Source: Rhodothermia bacterium
GTDB taxonomy: Bacteria; Bacteroidota; Rhodothermia; Rhodothermales; UBA2364
DNA: 64,000 bases
Assembly (NCBI GenBank): GCA_017303715.1
Contig: JAFLBZ010000004.1
Span: 4,887-68,886, forward strand
Reading direction: 5' to 3'
Both the position numbers and the translations under genes were made by a program. The number at the start of each line of letters is the position of its first letter. Position 1 is the stretch's first letter. The notes under the pieces are model-generated. The model saw only the letters and a program-made list of their open reading frames with translations. It ran no database searches and was not told where the DNA came from. Below, in pieces: positions 51,841 to 60,985 of the stretch.

Positions 51841-52938
51841 ATGCTGGAGGTGTATCTAAACAAATTCCCAATGAGAATAGCAATCTTTTTTTGTATGGCT
51901 CTGATGGGTTTTTCCCAAGCACAAAGCCAAAAAAGCATTTTACAACTCAGTTTCGACGAAGCAAGACGCACCGGATTCAGCGGCGCGGTTCTCGTTGCAA
52001 AGCATGGCAAAATCGTCTTTCACAAAGCAACAGGAATGCGGGATTTTGAATCGCAAGAACGTTTGGACAAAAACGATGTCTTTGAATTGGCTTCGGTGAG
52101 CAAACAATTTACCGCAATGGTCATTATGATGCTCAGGGAACAAGGCAAATTGCACTACGACGACCCCATTGCCAAATATGTCCAAGTCCCTTATCCTAAC
52201 ATCACCATCCGCCACCTGCTCACGCATACGAGTGGCCTACCGGACTATCACGAATTGATGGATCGGTATTGGGACAAGTCGAAAGTTGCCGGTAATCCTG
52301 ACATTTTAGACGTTCTAAACCGTTACACACCGCCTCCATTTTTTAAGCCCGGCGAAAAATACTTGTACAGCAATACCGGATACGTCTTACTGGGGAGCAT
52401 CGCCGAAAAAGCCTCTGGACAAGACTTTGTTGCCCTTTGCCGAAATTGGATCTTCAAACCTCTAAAAATGACAAAAACCGACATCCGGTCATTGTCAGAG
52501 AAAGCCCAACGGAAGGATTTTGCAGTTGGGCACTTGCCAGACTCCACCCAAAAATACGTAAATGCCAACCGTTTCCGTAGCTCCGATTATACCGTTTGGC
52601 TGGGGAATCGTAAAGGGCCGGGCCGGATTAGCAGTACGACTACAGACCTCTTAAAGTGGGATCAGGCGTTGTATTCAACAAAATTGGTTCGACAGGAAAC
52701 CTTACAGGAAGCCTTCACACCTGCAAGACTGAACGACGGCTCCGAGACCGCTTATGGATTTGGGTGGGAAATTCGGCAAGATGCTTCTGGAAATAAAATT
52801 GTCCAGCATACAGGTGACAATCCGGGTTACCGAACCATTCTAATTCGCTTTCTCAGAGAGCGCAAAACGGTGATCATTCTGAACAATAACGCGCACGAAG
52901 CCATGCGCACGTTGGTTGAAGCCGCTGAAAAATCATAG
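51841..52938 (+). CDS. Serine hydrolase (class C beta-lactamase / PBP4-like family)
   Basis: SxxK motif ASVSKQFTA and YSNTGY. The signal peptide implies a start at 51871 (MRIAIFFCMALMGFSQAQ). Confidence 0.8.
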   Translation: MLEVYLNKFPMRIAIFFCMALMGFSQAQSQKSILQLSFDEARRTGFSGAVLVAKHGKIVFHKATGMRDFESQERLDKNDVFELASVSKQFTAMVIMMLREQGKLHYDDPIAKYVQVPYPNITIRHLLTHTSGLPDYHELMDRYWDKSKVAGNPDILDVLNRYTPPPFFKPGEKYLYSNTGYVLLGSIAEKASGQDFVALCRNWIFKPLKMTKTDIRSLSEKAQRKDFAVGHLPDSTQKYVNANRFRSSDYTVWLGNRKGPGRISSTTTDLLKWDQALYSTKLVRQETLQEAFTPARLNDGSETAYGFGWEIRQDASGNKIVQHTGDNPGYRTILIRFLRERKTVIILNNNAHEAMRTLVEAAEKS

Positions 52939-53042
52939 AGGCTCCCAATCGCTTTTTCAGGCTTCTGACCAATTTTAGGTGATATTCTTGCGCTCTGAGC
53001 GTACCCGAAGCGTCAAATCCCCATTCCTAACCTCTTGTGTAG

Positions 53043-53165
53043 GTTTAGCCCCCTTTAAAATCAGTGGTACATGTTCTAAGGGATAGATTGCACTTCGGCT
53101 AAGCGCTGCCAACTATTCATCAGTTTAGGCAAATGCCGCCCATATGGAGCTAATCTTGCTTCATC
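53043..53165 (+). repeat. Degenerate or rearranged relative of the dispersed repeat (copy D)
   Basis: 53136-53151 ccgcccatatggagct matches 15/16 the module ccgcccctatggagct in the reverse complement of copy A. 53051-53064 ccctttaaaatcag resembles cccttgtaaaatcag of copy B. Confidence 0.45.
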
Positions 53166-53268
53166 GGACGAAGTACCTCGAACGATGACCCATGTAAGGG
53201 TTGACCGCTCACCATACCGATAACTTGATTAGCCCATAACTCTCGTTAAGCCATAGCTCCACCGTTCA

Positions 53269-54498
53269 TTAGAACGTAACACTACGCTCTATGATTCCCT
53301 CCCCGCGTTTTGCTCTCACCACCACTTGATCGCCTTTGTTGAATTTACCCAAGGCCGCCATATAATCTTGCACCGTTTTTATGGGAAGATCAGCGATTTG
53401 AATGAGGACATCCCCTTTTTCCAAGCCAGCTTTTTGGGCCGGACGATCTGCCATAACGCCATCAATCCGCAAACCTTCACCATCATACACATAATCCGGC
53501 ATTACACCAAGCGAAACCTTAAACCGAGTGGCCTGTGGTTGCTCATCTTTGGTTTTGGTAAACATCAATTTACCCTTCCCATCCAATTCCTTTACCAACG
53601 CAACAATATAGTTCGCTACTTCAGACAGTCCCTCATAGTTGATCCGTTCACTGTCGTCACTCGGCTTATGATAATCGGCATGTTGGCCTGTAAAAAAGTG
53701 TAAAACAGGAATATCTTGCACATAGAACGACGCATGATCCGATGGCCCCAACCCACTCTCTGACGTTTTAATTTTGAGCCTATTGTTGTTTACTTTAGAC
53801 AATACCGTAGCCCATGTCGGTGACGTGCCACTACCATTCACAGCCAGTACTTTTTCTTCATTTAAGCGCCCCACCATATCCATATTGATCATGTAATTTA
53901 CTTTTTTGAGATCAATGGATTTAGACTCAATGAACTTTTTAGAGCCAACCAACCCCAATTCTTCTGCGGAAAAAGCCAAGAACAAATAATTATTTTTCTT
54001 GATTTTAGACTTTTTAAGTTCATCTGCCACAAACAAAAGTGCCGCAACTCCAGAGGCATTGTCATCGGCCCCATTGTGGATGGCTGGGCCACCCGTATCC
54101 CGCGAATTTCCCGCACCGCCAAAGCCCAAATGGTCGTAATGTGCCCCAATAATGACAGTCGTGGACGCTTTATGGTCTATATAACCCACCACATTTTTCC
54201 CCTTCCGGCTTTCTAAAGCCCCCGTACCATGCGGATTTGCGTTAAAGTTGAATTCAAAATGCTGAAACCAACCACCCGCATCGCCTTTTGGCAAGAGGCC
54301 AATTGCCGCAAAACGGGACGCAATATACTCAGCCGCATGCTCCTCGCCTTTTTTACCCGCTTCCCGCCCTTCCAATAAGTCGGAGGCAAGGTAAACAACA
54401 TCCACCTTCAGTTGTTGGAGCGCATTGTTTGGTGTTTGTGCCCAGGCTTGGACAAACAAAGAATACAGAAAAACACTTAAAACAATGTATTTTTTCAT
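53269..54498 (-). CDS. M28-family aminopeptidase with a C-terminal PDZ domain
   Basis: Signal peptide, then the zinc-ligand blocks GAHYDHLG, ADDNASGVA and FSAEELGLVGS, and a PDZ-like GLEKGDVLIQIAD. Confidence 0.85.
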   Translation of the reverse strand: MKKYIVLSVFLYSLFVQAWAQTPNNALQQLKVDVVYLASDLLEGREAGKKGEEHAAEYIASRFAAIGLLPKGDAGGWFQHFEFNFNANPHGTGALESRKGKNVVGYIDHKASTTVIIGAHYDHLGFGGAGNSRDTGGPAIHNGADDNASGVAALLFVADELKKSKIKKNNYLFLAFSAEELGLVGSKKFIESKSIDLKKVNYMINMDMVGRLNEEKVLAVNGSGTSPTWATVLSKVNNNRLKIKTSESGLGPSDHASFYVQDIPVLHFFTGQHADYHKPSDDSERINYEGLSEVANYIVALVKELDGKGKLMFTKTKDEQPQATRFKVSLGVMPDYVYDGEGLRIDGVMADRPAQKAGLEKGDVLIQIADLPIKTVQDYMAALGKFNKGDQVVVRAKRGEGIIERSVTF

Positions 54499-54611
54499 TT
54501 CCAAGACAAAATTAGAGGTTCATAAAAGATCACAACACATTATAGCATTTTATGGCATATAATTTTCTAAATAGTTGTGAAATTACCAATCCTCCTTGCT
54601 GTCATTCGGGG

Positions 54612-55202
54612 TCATCTTTCCCGACTTTTCGCTAAAGTCACCTTCCAAGCCCCGCGCAGGTCTCCAACTTTATACCCTATCGCACGGTCTTGCGGGTATT
54701 TTGCTCGTAGTATCTCCCGAACTTCTGGGGTAATTTCCTTTTCTGGGTCGCCATGACATTGTAAACAAGTAGGCATTCCCAATAAAATCGGCTTGTAATA
54801 CACCGTTGCCCTTTCGGTTTCCTCGACGGTGGGTTTGGGCTGAATGCCATTTTTCATGCCGGATGCCCATTGCTCAAGTATCCCTCGATCAGCATCATCC
54901 GCTCCATTTTTTGGATTCCGGTTTTTATCAGAAACCCGCTGGAGCCTCACCTTAAACTTCCGTGCCAATGAGTCCGTCAAGGGCATGGCTTTGATGTTAC
55001 AAAAAGTAACTGCGGATGCTGGCCCATCCTCTTTGATTTTCTTGGTCAATGTTTTTAAAAGCGTTGTTTGTGTCACCGTCGTCAGAGAATCGCCCAAGAC
55101 CAAAAGCATTTTATGCTCCATGTTGGAATTTACCGTTTCATCTGGCGTGGATTTGCCGCATCCCACCACAAAAAAAAGCGAAAAGACAAGATACCTGACC
55201 AT
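54612..55202 (-). CDS. DUF3365 (Tll0287-like) c-type haem-binding protein
   Basis: Lipobox-like VVGCG, CxxCH motif CLQCHG and C-terminal GDLRGAW. 196 aa. Confidence 0.6.
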   Translation of the reverse strand: MVRYLVFSLFFVVGCGKSTPDETVNSNMEHKMLLVLGDSLTTVTQTTLLKTLTKKIKEDGPASAVTFCNIKAMPLTDSLARKFKVRLQRVSDKNRNPKNGADDADRGILEQWASGMKNGIQPKPTVEETERATVYYKPILLGMPTCLQCHGDPEKEITPEVREILRAKYPQDRAIGYKVGDLRGAWKVTLAKSRER

Positions 55203-55474
55203 GGTTTTATTGTTTGGTTTTGATTCAAAGTACCAAATCTTTACTTGTTACATCATGAAATTACAGGATATTATTTTCTTTTTTGAGAAGGCAGAATACG
55301 TGAGTTACAGATTTAATTTATTGTTATTAAACGATATATTGGTAACATTTACCTCATTTACGCAATCACGAAATTTCCCACTCTATGCTTGAATGGCAAG
55401 ACAGCCTTAGGAAAATCCGCCGGATAGCTCAGCCAACATGGATGGCTACATTCAGTCAACATGTATGGCTTTGG

Positions 55475-55649
55475 CTACGATCAACCAGTTTTTCCTCCTT
55501 ATGTAAAGATGCCACCCCTACAGGGCTTTGTTGTGCATTTGGAAACCGATTTCTATTAAGATACCGCCCCTACGGGGCTTTGCCGTTCATTAAAAAGAAC
55601 AAACCCTTGTAAAATCAGAATTTGTGTAATCCCGTAAGTTCTTACATGA
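55475..55649 (+). repeat. Dispersed intergenic repeat, copy B
   Basis: It aligns with the reverse complement of 5641-5801. Twin modules lie at 55511-55530 (gccacccctacagggctttg) and 55564-55582 (ccgcccctacggggctttg, with a perfect GCCCC-tac-GGGGC hairpin). Confidence 0.85.
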
Positions 55650-55781
55650 TTTAATTTGCCCTTTTCGGTTTAATACAACTTGTTTAACCCATAACCCACG
55701 TTGACCCTAGACCCTATTTAGTGCGCACGAAAAAAGGCATACCAAAACGATATACCTTTCCACATCTAAATATTTATTTCA

Positions 55782-56504
55782 TCAGTACATACCAAGAAGT
55801 TTATTCTTCGTGACTTGGAACTCCTCATCGCTTAAAGCGCCACTGTCCCGCATCGCCGCTAACCGCTCTAACTTCGTGATAAGGTCCCCTTCTTCTTGCT
55901 TTGGGGCTTCTTCTTGCACCATTTTTACCCGTTCTGTCTTCTTAGTAGGAACCTCTTCTACCACCTCAAATCGGGCGTCATCCTCCAAAGCATCTTCTTC
56001 GACAACTGGTTTTGATCGGGAAGATTTTGCACTGTTTCCACTTTCGCGCCAGTTTTTGATTTCCTCTTGCCATTCGGAAACTTTGGCTTTGCCTTCCTCA
56101 TATGCGGTCTCAAAGGCTTCACGCGCCATTTCCACATCAAAATCGGCAACATTCCCCTCATCCTCAAGGCGATTGATAAACACTTGCCCGATTCCATAGG
56201 TAGTTGCTCCTGCAATGACCGACATCGAAAGTCCCCCCAAGAGAGAGCCTACAAGTGGGATCGCTTTTACAAAGCTCGAACCAATTGCGGCGAGGCTACT
56301 CCCTGCAAGTGCAGTAACCCAACTCTTACCGACATTCTCGTTATAATCTACATGGTATAAGCCGCAAATTTGTTTTAACATGTCCAGTTGCACACCTGTA
56401 ATGGCTGCAAAATCTACGATGGGCAAAGGGATGAGGCCACCACCAGCGGCATAGATGGTATGTGTTTTTACGATATCCTCGGCACGTTTTAGACGATCAC
56501 TCAT
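55782..56504 (-). CDS. DUF697-like membrane-associated protein with an acidic linker and a C-terminal SHOCT domain
   Basis: N-terminal GGGLIPLPIVDFAAITGVQLDMLKQI (DUF697-like) and C-terminal LERLAAMRDSGALSDEEFQVTKNKLLG (SHOCT-like). Confidence 0.55.
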   Translation of the reverse strand: MSDRLKRAEDIVKTHTIYAAGGGLIPLPIVDFAAITGVQLDMLKQICGLYHVDYNENVGKSWVTALAGSSLAAIGSSFVKAIPLVGSLLGGLSMSVIAGATTYGIGQVFINRLEDEGNVADFDVEMAREAFETAYEEGKAKVSEWQEEIKNWRESGNSAKSSRSKPVVEEDALEDDARFEVVEEVPTKKTERVKMVQEEAPKQEEGDLITKLERLAAMRDSGALSDEEFQVTKNKLLGMY

Positions 56505-56565
56505 GGAAAAAGGAAATTTGGAAGGTTAAAATTAAAAGATTAAGACATTTTTTACGGCCATATGT

Positions 56566-57222
56566 TCAATCGGTTACACCCAATTTCAAGAACAAGTCTT
56601 TAAAAATTGGCGTCATTGTGTCAAACACGCCTTCGTCCCAACACGAAGGGCATATTTTGCGCATATTCACCGCCACTACATTAGCTCCTGCCTGATACCA
56701 AGGCAAAATACCTTCAGCACTGGCCACTACGCCACCGGAAACCATGATGGGAATTTCCTTCCAAATGGTACGGAGGGCTTCCAAATGGGGATGGCCAACC
56801 GTTGGGCCGGGGAAAAGTTTGGCCATATTCGCCCCCAAGTCCATGGCAGTTTGCAGCTCGGTAGGCGTCAAAAAACCGGGAATCCAATAGACTTCGGAGG
56901 CTTTACAAACCCGCCCTACCTCTGGCGACAGGTGCGGCGAAACCACAAATTGTGCCCCTTTCGAGATAAAACGTACCGCATCCATACCATTCATAATGGT
57001 TCCGATGCCCAAAACCGCCTCTGGGCAAGTATGCTCCACAATAGACCGTAATGCCTCGAAGGTTTCCATCACCTCTGGCCCACGATTAAGCAGTTCAAAA
57101 ACCCGCATTCCGCCCAAATAAGCGGCCTCCATCATCGCACAACAAGCTTGGGTATCGGGGCTATAAAACGTACCAACAATGGGGGTTTCAAAAAGTTTGG
57201 CTTGACATGCTGCGGTATTCAT
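56566..57222 (-). CDS. KDPG/KHG aldolase-family protein (Eda-like)
   Basis: About 218 aa with a TIM-barrel pattern, KLFPG and VSGGV motifs in the expected order. Confidence 0.55.
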   Translation of the reverse strand: MNTAACQAKLFETPIVGTFYSPDTQACCAMMEAAYLGGMRVFELLNRGPEVMETFEALRSIVEHTCPEAVLGIGTIMNGMDAVRFISKGAQFVVSPHLSPEVGRVCKASEVYWIPGFLTPTELQTAMDLGANMAKLFPGPTVGHPHLEALRTIWKEIPIMVSGGVVASAEGILPWYQAGANVVAVNMRKICPSCWDEGVFDTMTPIFKDLFLKLGVTD

Positions 57223-57280
57223 AACATAAAGGGGATGTTTTTAAATGTGTAAAATACGTCACATGTTTGATACATCAAGC

Positions 57281-57350
57281 CTTACGTAGGGATTACATCC
57301 ACAACGATCATCAATTTTCTTTGTAAGATTTTGGCCGTAAAAGGGCTTGG
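57281..57350 (-). repeat. Partial, diverged relative of the dispersed repeat (copy E, same orientation as copy A)
   Basis: cttacgtagggattacatc here compares with cttacgggattacatc in copy A (5652-5667). A following catcaatttt segment is also shared. Confidence 0.4.
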
Positions 57351-57364
57351 GTTAATTTGAGTCC

Positions 57365-58297
57365 ATGAACCATCAGAACCCCACTCCTTCTTCCGTTATG
57401 CTGCTGTTTCATAACGGCATTTTTAACATGACCCTTGCCGCATTCTCCTTCGCCCTCATGGGCGCAAGTGCAAAATGGCTGGGCAATCGCTTGCCCTCTG
57501 TAGAACTCATGTTCTTCCGGAACATCATTGGGGTTATGTTAATCGGGGCAACGCTTTTTCGCGTCCCACTGCGCCAAAAAGGTGGAAAGCCGGGCTTATT
57601 GATTTTCAGAGGAATCATTGGAACAATGGCCTTATTCGGATTTTTCTACAATCTTACCCATATACCCTTGGCCGAGGCCAATACCTACAACCTTACTTAT
57701 CCCATTTTTATTGGCCTTATCAGTGCAACCGTCTTACGAAATGGGGTGACACTCCGTCAATGGCTCCATATTGCGCTTGGTTTTATAGGCATTTTACTTA
57801 TTTTCCGTCCCAATTTAGACATATCGTTTAAAAACCATTTATTGGGTTTATGGAGTGGCCTGGGTGCGGCCATAGCTTATCTGGCCATCAATCAACTTCG
57901 ACATTATTACGACCACCGCGCTACGGTCTTGTCCTTTATGGTTTCTGGGATCATCTTGCCGCTTATTGGCACCGCCGCAGGAAGAATTTGGCCAAATGCG
58001 ACGCTGGACTTCTTAATGTCGCCATTTGTATGGCCTGTTGGTCAGGAATGGCTCTTTATTGCTTGCTTAGGTTTAGCCGCAATGATGGGGCAAATTTTTG
58101 TAACCCGTGCCTTGAGTTTGGGAAATCCCGCCGTTGTTGGCCCGATTAATTACCTACAAATTCCCTTTGCCATTCTTTTGGGATTGTTTATGGGTGATGC
58201 TTTTCCAGATAACTACACCTTGCTTGGAATTGGTCTTGTCATTTTAAGCGGGATTTTAATCACCACTTCCGCCGCAAAACCGAAGTCTTCTACTTAG
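57365..58297 (+). CDS. DMT-superfamily (EamA-like) transporter
   Basis: 310 aa with about 10 TM segments arranged as two EamA-like halves. Confidence 0.8.
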   Translation: MNHQNPTPSSVMLLFHNGIFNMTLAAFSFALMGASAKWLGNRLPSVELMFFRNIIGVMLIGATLFRVPLRQKGGKPGLLIFRGIIGTMALFGFFYNLTHIPLAEANTYNLTYPIFIGLISATVLRNGVTLRQWLHIALGFIGILLIFRPNLDISFKNHLLGLWSGLGAAIAYLAINQLRHYYDHRATVLSFMVSGIILPLIGTAAGRIWPNATLDFLMSPFVWPVGQEWLFIACLGLAAMMGQIFVTRALSLGNPAVVGPINYLQIPFAILLGLFMGDAFPDNYTLLGIGLVILSGILITTSAAKPKSST

Positions 58298-58321
58298 CTT
58301 ATAAAATACATTACCTTCAAC

Positions 58322-58516
58322 TTAAAAATGATAGCCAAACTTAACCAATAAGTGACGTGGGTATAACGTGTAGTTTGTAATATTGGTATAATAATCTGCT
58401 ATATAATAAGTCGTATAAAACTTTTCATTCATAACATTCTTAAAAGTAACATCAACACTCCAAGCCGTTTTTTTATTAGATGTGATAGGCTCTTTAAGTC
58501 CACATGATAAGATCAT
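58322..58516 (-). pseudogene. C-terminal remnant of a TonB-dependent receptor / OM beta-barrel gene
   Basis: The ORF ends ...WSVDVTFKNVMNEKFYTTYY...LLVKFGYHF. This is the TBDR C-terminal pattern (NxxxxxY, terminal aromatic F). Only about 60 codons remain, with no plug or barrel upstream. Confidence 0.55.
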
Positions 58517-58672
58517 AGTTTAGCCACCAGAAGCAGGTTTTATGCTTGAATGAATTTTGACAGGATTGTGTTTTATTTATTCTTCAGGAAAGAGCAAATA
58601 CTTGGGTGTAAAATACCAATTGACCTATCTTACACCCATACTTTTTTTGTCAAAAAACTTATATGCGCCGTC

Positions 58673-59017
58673 TTAAAATGCACTTTTCAATCCTTTTACC
58701 CCTTGAATAGCTTCAGAAACTGCTTTCTTGCACGTTTTTTCTTCTACCTTTATACTAGCAGTAGAGGACTCAACTCCAGGCATACTAATTTCCACAGCCA
58801 CCGTAATTGTACATTTTACGTTATCTTGTGTGCATACTTTCCGAGCCACTTTCTCAATGTCTTTGATGGTTAAATCATTGCCATTTGCTTGGGCAACCTT
58901 ACCAGCAGATTTAGCCTCAACGGATTTGATGGCATCATCAATTTTCACATTTGCAGATAAAGATTGGAACGAGAATAGAAATCCGAATATGAGTAGAAAC
59001 AAAATTAAATTTTTCAT
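58673..59017 (-). CDS. Small secreted protein (hypothetical)
   Basis: 114 aa with signal peptide MKNLILFLLIFGFLFSFQSLSA, Lys-rich, 3 Cys. It lies in the AT-rich islet. Confidence 0.5.
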   Translation of the reverse strand: MKNLILFLLIFGFLFSFQSLSANVKIDDAIKSVEAKSAGKVAQANGNDLTIKDIEKVARKVCTQDNVKCTITVAVEISMPGVESSTASIKVEEKTCKKAVSEAIQGVKGLKSAF

Positions 59018-59531
59018 ATTTCAACTTGTTTTTTTGTTGTGGATTATAACTTTGAAAAACATATCTTGGTGCGCTTCAAGGTACATATTTCAATAATGAA
59101 TTATTAAAGCCATATGGGTAAATTGGTATGCGTCATTAATTATTGGGCTACAAGTGTTTCACATAGGACTTACGTAAGTAGCCGATTTTGTTATGGGGGC
59201 CAAGGCCACAAGCCAAAATCGTCGGTATGATCATGTTTTGGCTTTTCATTTATGGGCATACAAATATTTACAAATCAACCAAGTGTTTTACCTATTGGTA
59301 CAATACAAAGCTATTAGAGAATCTCTTTTAAGATAGATCAACTTTTTATACATACATTATAAAATAGTGTGAAGTATTGTAATTTGCCTTACATAGCGGT
59401 CAAAATGCGCGTGTTAACTTTACCTAAAAAGGGTATCTGACCTAAGACCTCCTACAATTTGCTAAAAACGATTATGCGAACAATATTCGGTTTTCTATGG
59501 TTATTGTGTGATGAACAACTTGTATTAAACC

Positions 59532-59569
59532 AAAACACCGCCCAGTGCCAATGCCCCGAACGGTGTTTT
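59532..59569 (-). terminator. Hairpin downstream of the 59608..60000 gene
   Basis: AAAACACCG-(20 nt)-CGGTGTTTT, a 9-bp stem. On the minus strand it is followed by GGTTTAAT. Confidence 0.45.
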
Positions 59570-59607
59570 CACCCTTTTCCATTTATGACCAAACATTTAT
59601 ATTGAAA

Positions 59608-60000
59608 TCAGTCTTTTGCTTTATTCGCCTCCACCGTTACGGAAAGCTCCAATTCGGCGTATTCGCCATCATTGTCCTCGGCAGAAACGCGAATCCGCGC
59701 CACGCCCGGAGATCCGGCAACAACGTATAAAAACCCATTGCGTACATAGGCATCTGCCACCGAATTATTGGAGCTGCGTGCGTCAAAATATAAAGACCCC
59801 CCTCCAGTATGGACAAATACCTTGGGATTTGCGATAAGGTCTCGGCTCCACGCCTCTGCGCGACCTAAAACGATATTCGGAATTTGATAATTCACAACAG
59901 GGTAGCCATTGTCATAAAAAGACTGGTCACAAGCCGAGAAAGACAGTGACATTAGAACCACAAAGGTTGAAAAGGCAATTGAGCGTAAAACGTTTTTCAT
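59608..60000 (-). CDS. Small lipoprotein (hypothetical, possibly Ig-like)
   Basis: 130 aa with lipobox LSFSACD and a beta-rich C-terminus (ARIRVSAEDNDGEYAELELSVTVEA). Confidence 0.5.
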   Translation of the reverse strand: MKNVLRSIAFSTFVVLMSLSFSACDQSFYDNGYPVVNYQIPNIVLGRAEAWSRDLIANPKVFVHTGGGSLYFDARSSNNSVADAYVRNGFLYVVAGSPGVARIRVSAEDNDGEYAELELSVTVEANKAKD

Positions 60001-60191
60001 GGGAGAGTCTCCAATTTTGCGGTATGGTTGTTTTTGAGGATGGACTACTTTTTTCTATGCGATGATTGTGCCAAAACAAAAATGAGGCCCAAAAGACCTC
60101 TTTTCCAGCTATGACAACCTTGAACCTGTCTATTCATTACGGCAAACCGTCCATTAATCTATACGGTTTGTGTGTGCTCCAAAGGGTACTT

Positions 60192-60857
60192 TTACACCAC
60201 CGTAACGCGCAAAATTGGTAGTCCTTCGATAGCGGCTTCAAGCACATCGCCACGCTGAACGGGGCCAACCCCTTCCGGTGTTCCTGTATAAATAAGGTCT
60301 CCGGGTTCTAACGAAAAAATGGTCGAGGCATACGCAACCAGGGTTGAAACCGGAAAAATCATGTCTTCGGTCTGGCCTTGTTGACGGATTTCCCCATTGA
60401 TTTTAAGCGTAATTTGCCGTTTTTGAACGTTCTCAACGTTTTCCGCCGCTACAAAATCCCCGATTGGCGCAAACGTATCAAACCCTTTTGCCACCGACCA
60501 CGGGGATCCGGACTTCTTGGCACGCGCCTGAATATCTCTTGCCGTCATGTCCAAACCCACCGCATATCCGGCTACATGTTTTAAAGCATGGTCCTCCGAG
60601 ATATTTTTCCCCCCGACGCCAATGGCAACCACCAATTCAACCTCGTGGTGTACTTCATTAGATTGGTGAGGAATGATCATTTCGCCCTCATTCCCCACCA
60701 AACTTGTGGCTGGTTTCAAAAAAATCATCGGCTCTTTCGGAACTTCACTTTGCATTTCTTTGGCATGTTCCGCATAATTACGTCCGATACAAATGATTTT
60801 CCCGGGCTGGATTGGGCCGTTGAGGTTGGGAATATTAATCTTCATGAGATTCTCCAT
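60192..60857 (-). CDS. Fumarylacetoacetate hydrolase (FAH)-family protein
   Basis: GKIICIGRNYAEHAKEM, HHEVELVVAIG and GDLIYTGTPEGVG. Confidence 0.85.
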   Translation of the reverse strand: MENLMKINIPNLNGPIQPGKIICIGRNYAEHAKEMQSEVPKEPMIFLKPATSLVGNEGEMIIPHQSNEVHHEVELVVAIGVGGKNISEDHALKHVAGYAVGLDMTARDIQARAKKSGSPWSVAKGFDTFAPIGDFVAAENVENVQKRQITLKINGEIRQQGQTEDMIFPVSTLVAYASTIFSLEPGDLIYTGTPEGVGPVQRGDVLEAAIEGLPILRVTVV

Positions 60858-60985
60858 TTAGAATATTGAAAACATTTAGGTAAAGCAGTATCTTATCAAG
60901 CTATAAAATTCGCGTTTCACCTGGCGGGCAGACGAAACAAAATACGTTTCTATGTGCTCCCGCGCTAAACAAGGTTAAAAAAATT

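Noticed and set aside
55417-55440. gccggatagctcagcc looks like the 5' acceptor and D-arm of a tRNA.
   Set aside because: The sequence after AGCTCAGCC lacks the GGTAGAGC D-arm closure, and there is no anticodon or T arm. It is at most an 18-nt chance match or fragment.
55385-55612. 75-aa + strand ORF spanning repeat copy B and its upstream direct repeats.
   Set aside because: Its sequence simply translates the repeats (ATPTGLC and RPYGALP). The equivalent frame is not preserved in copy A, and there is no start context.
60911-60950. Mutually exclusive 5-bp pairings (GTTTC/GAAAC/GTTTC) upstream of rplU, suggesting an r-protein leader or attenuator.
   Set aside because: The stems are only 5 bp with no terminator U-tract, which is well within chance expectation.
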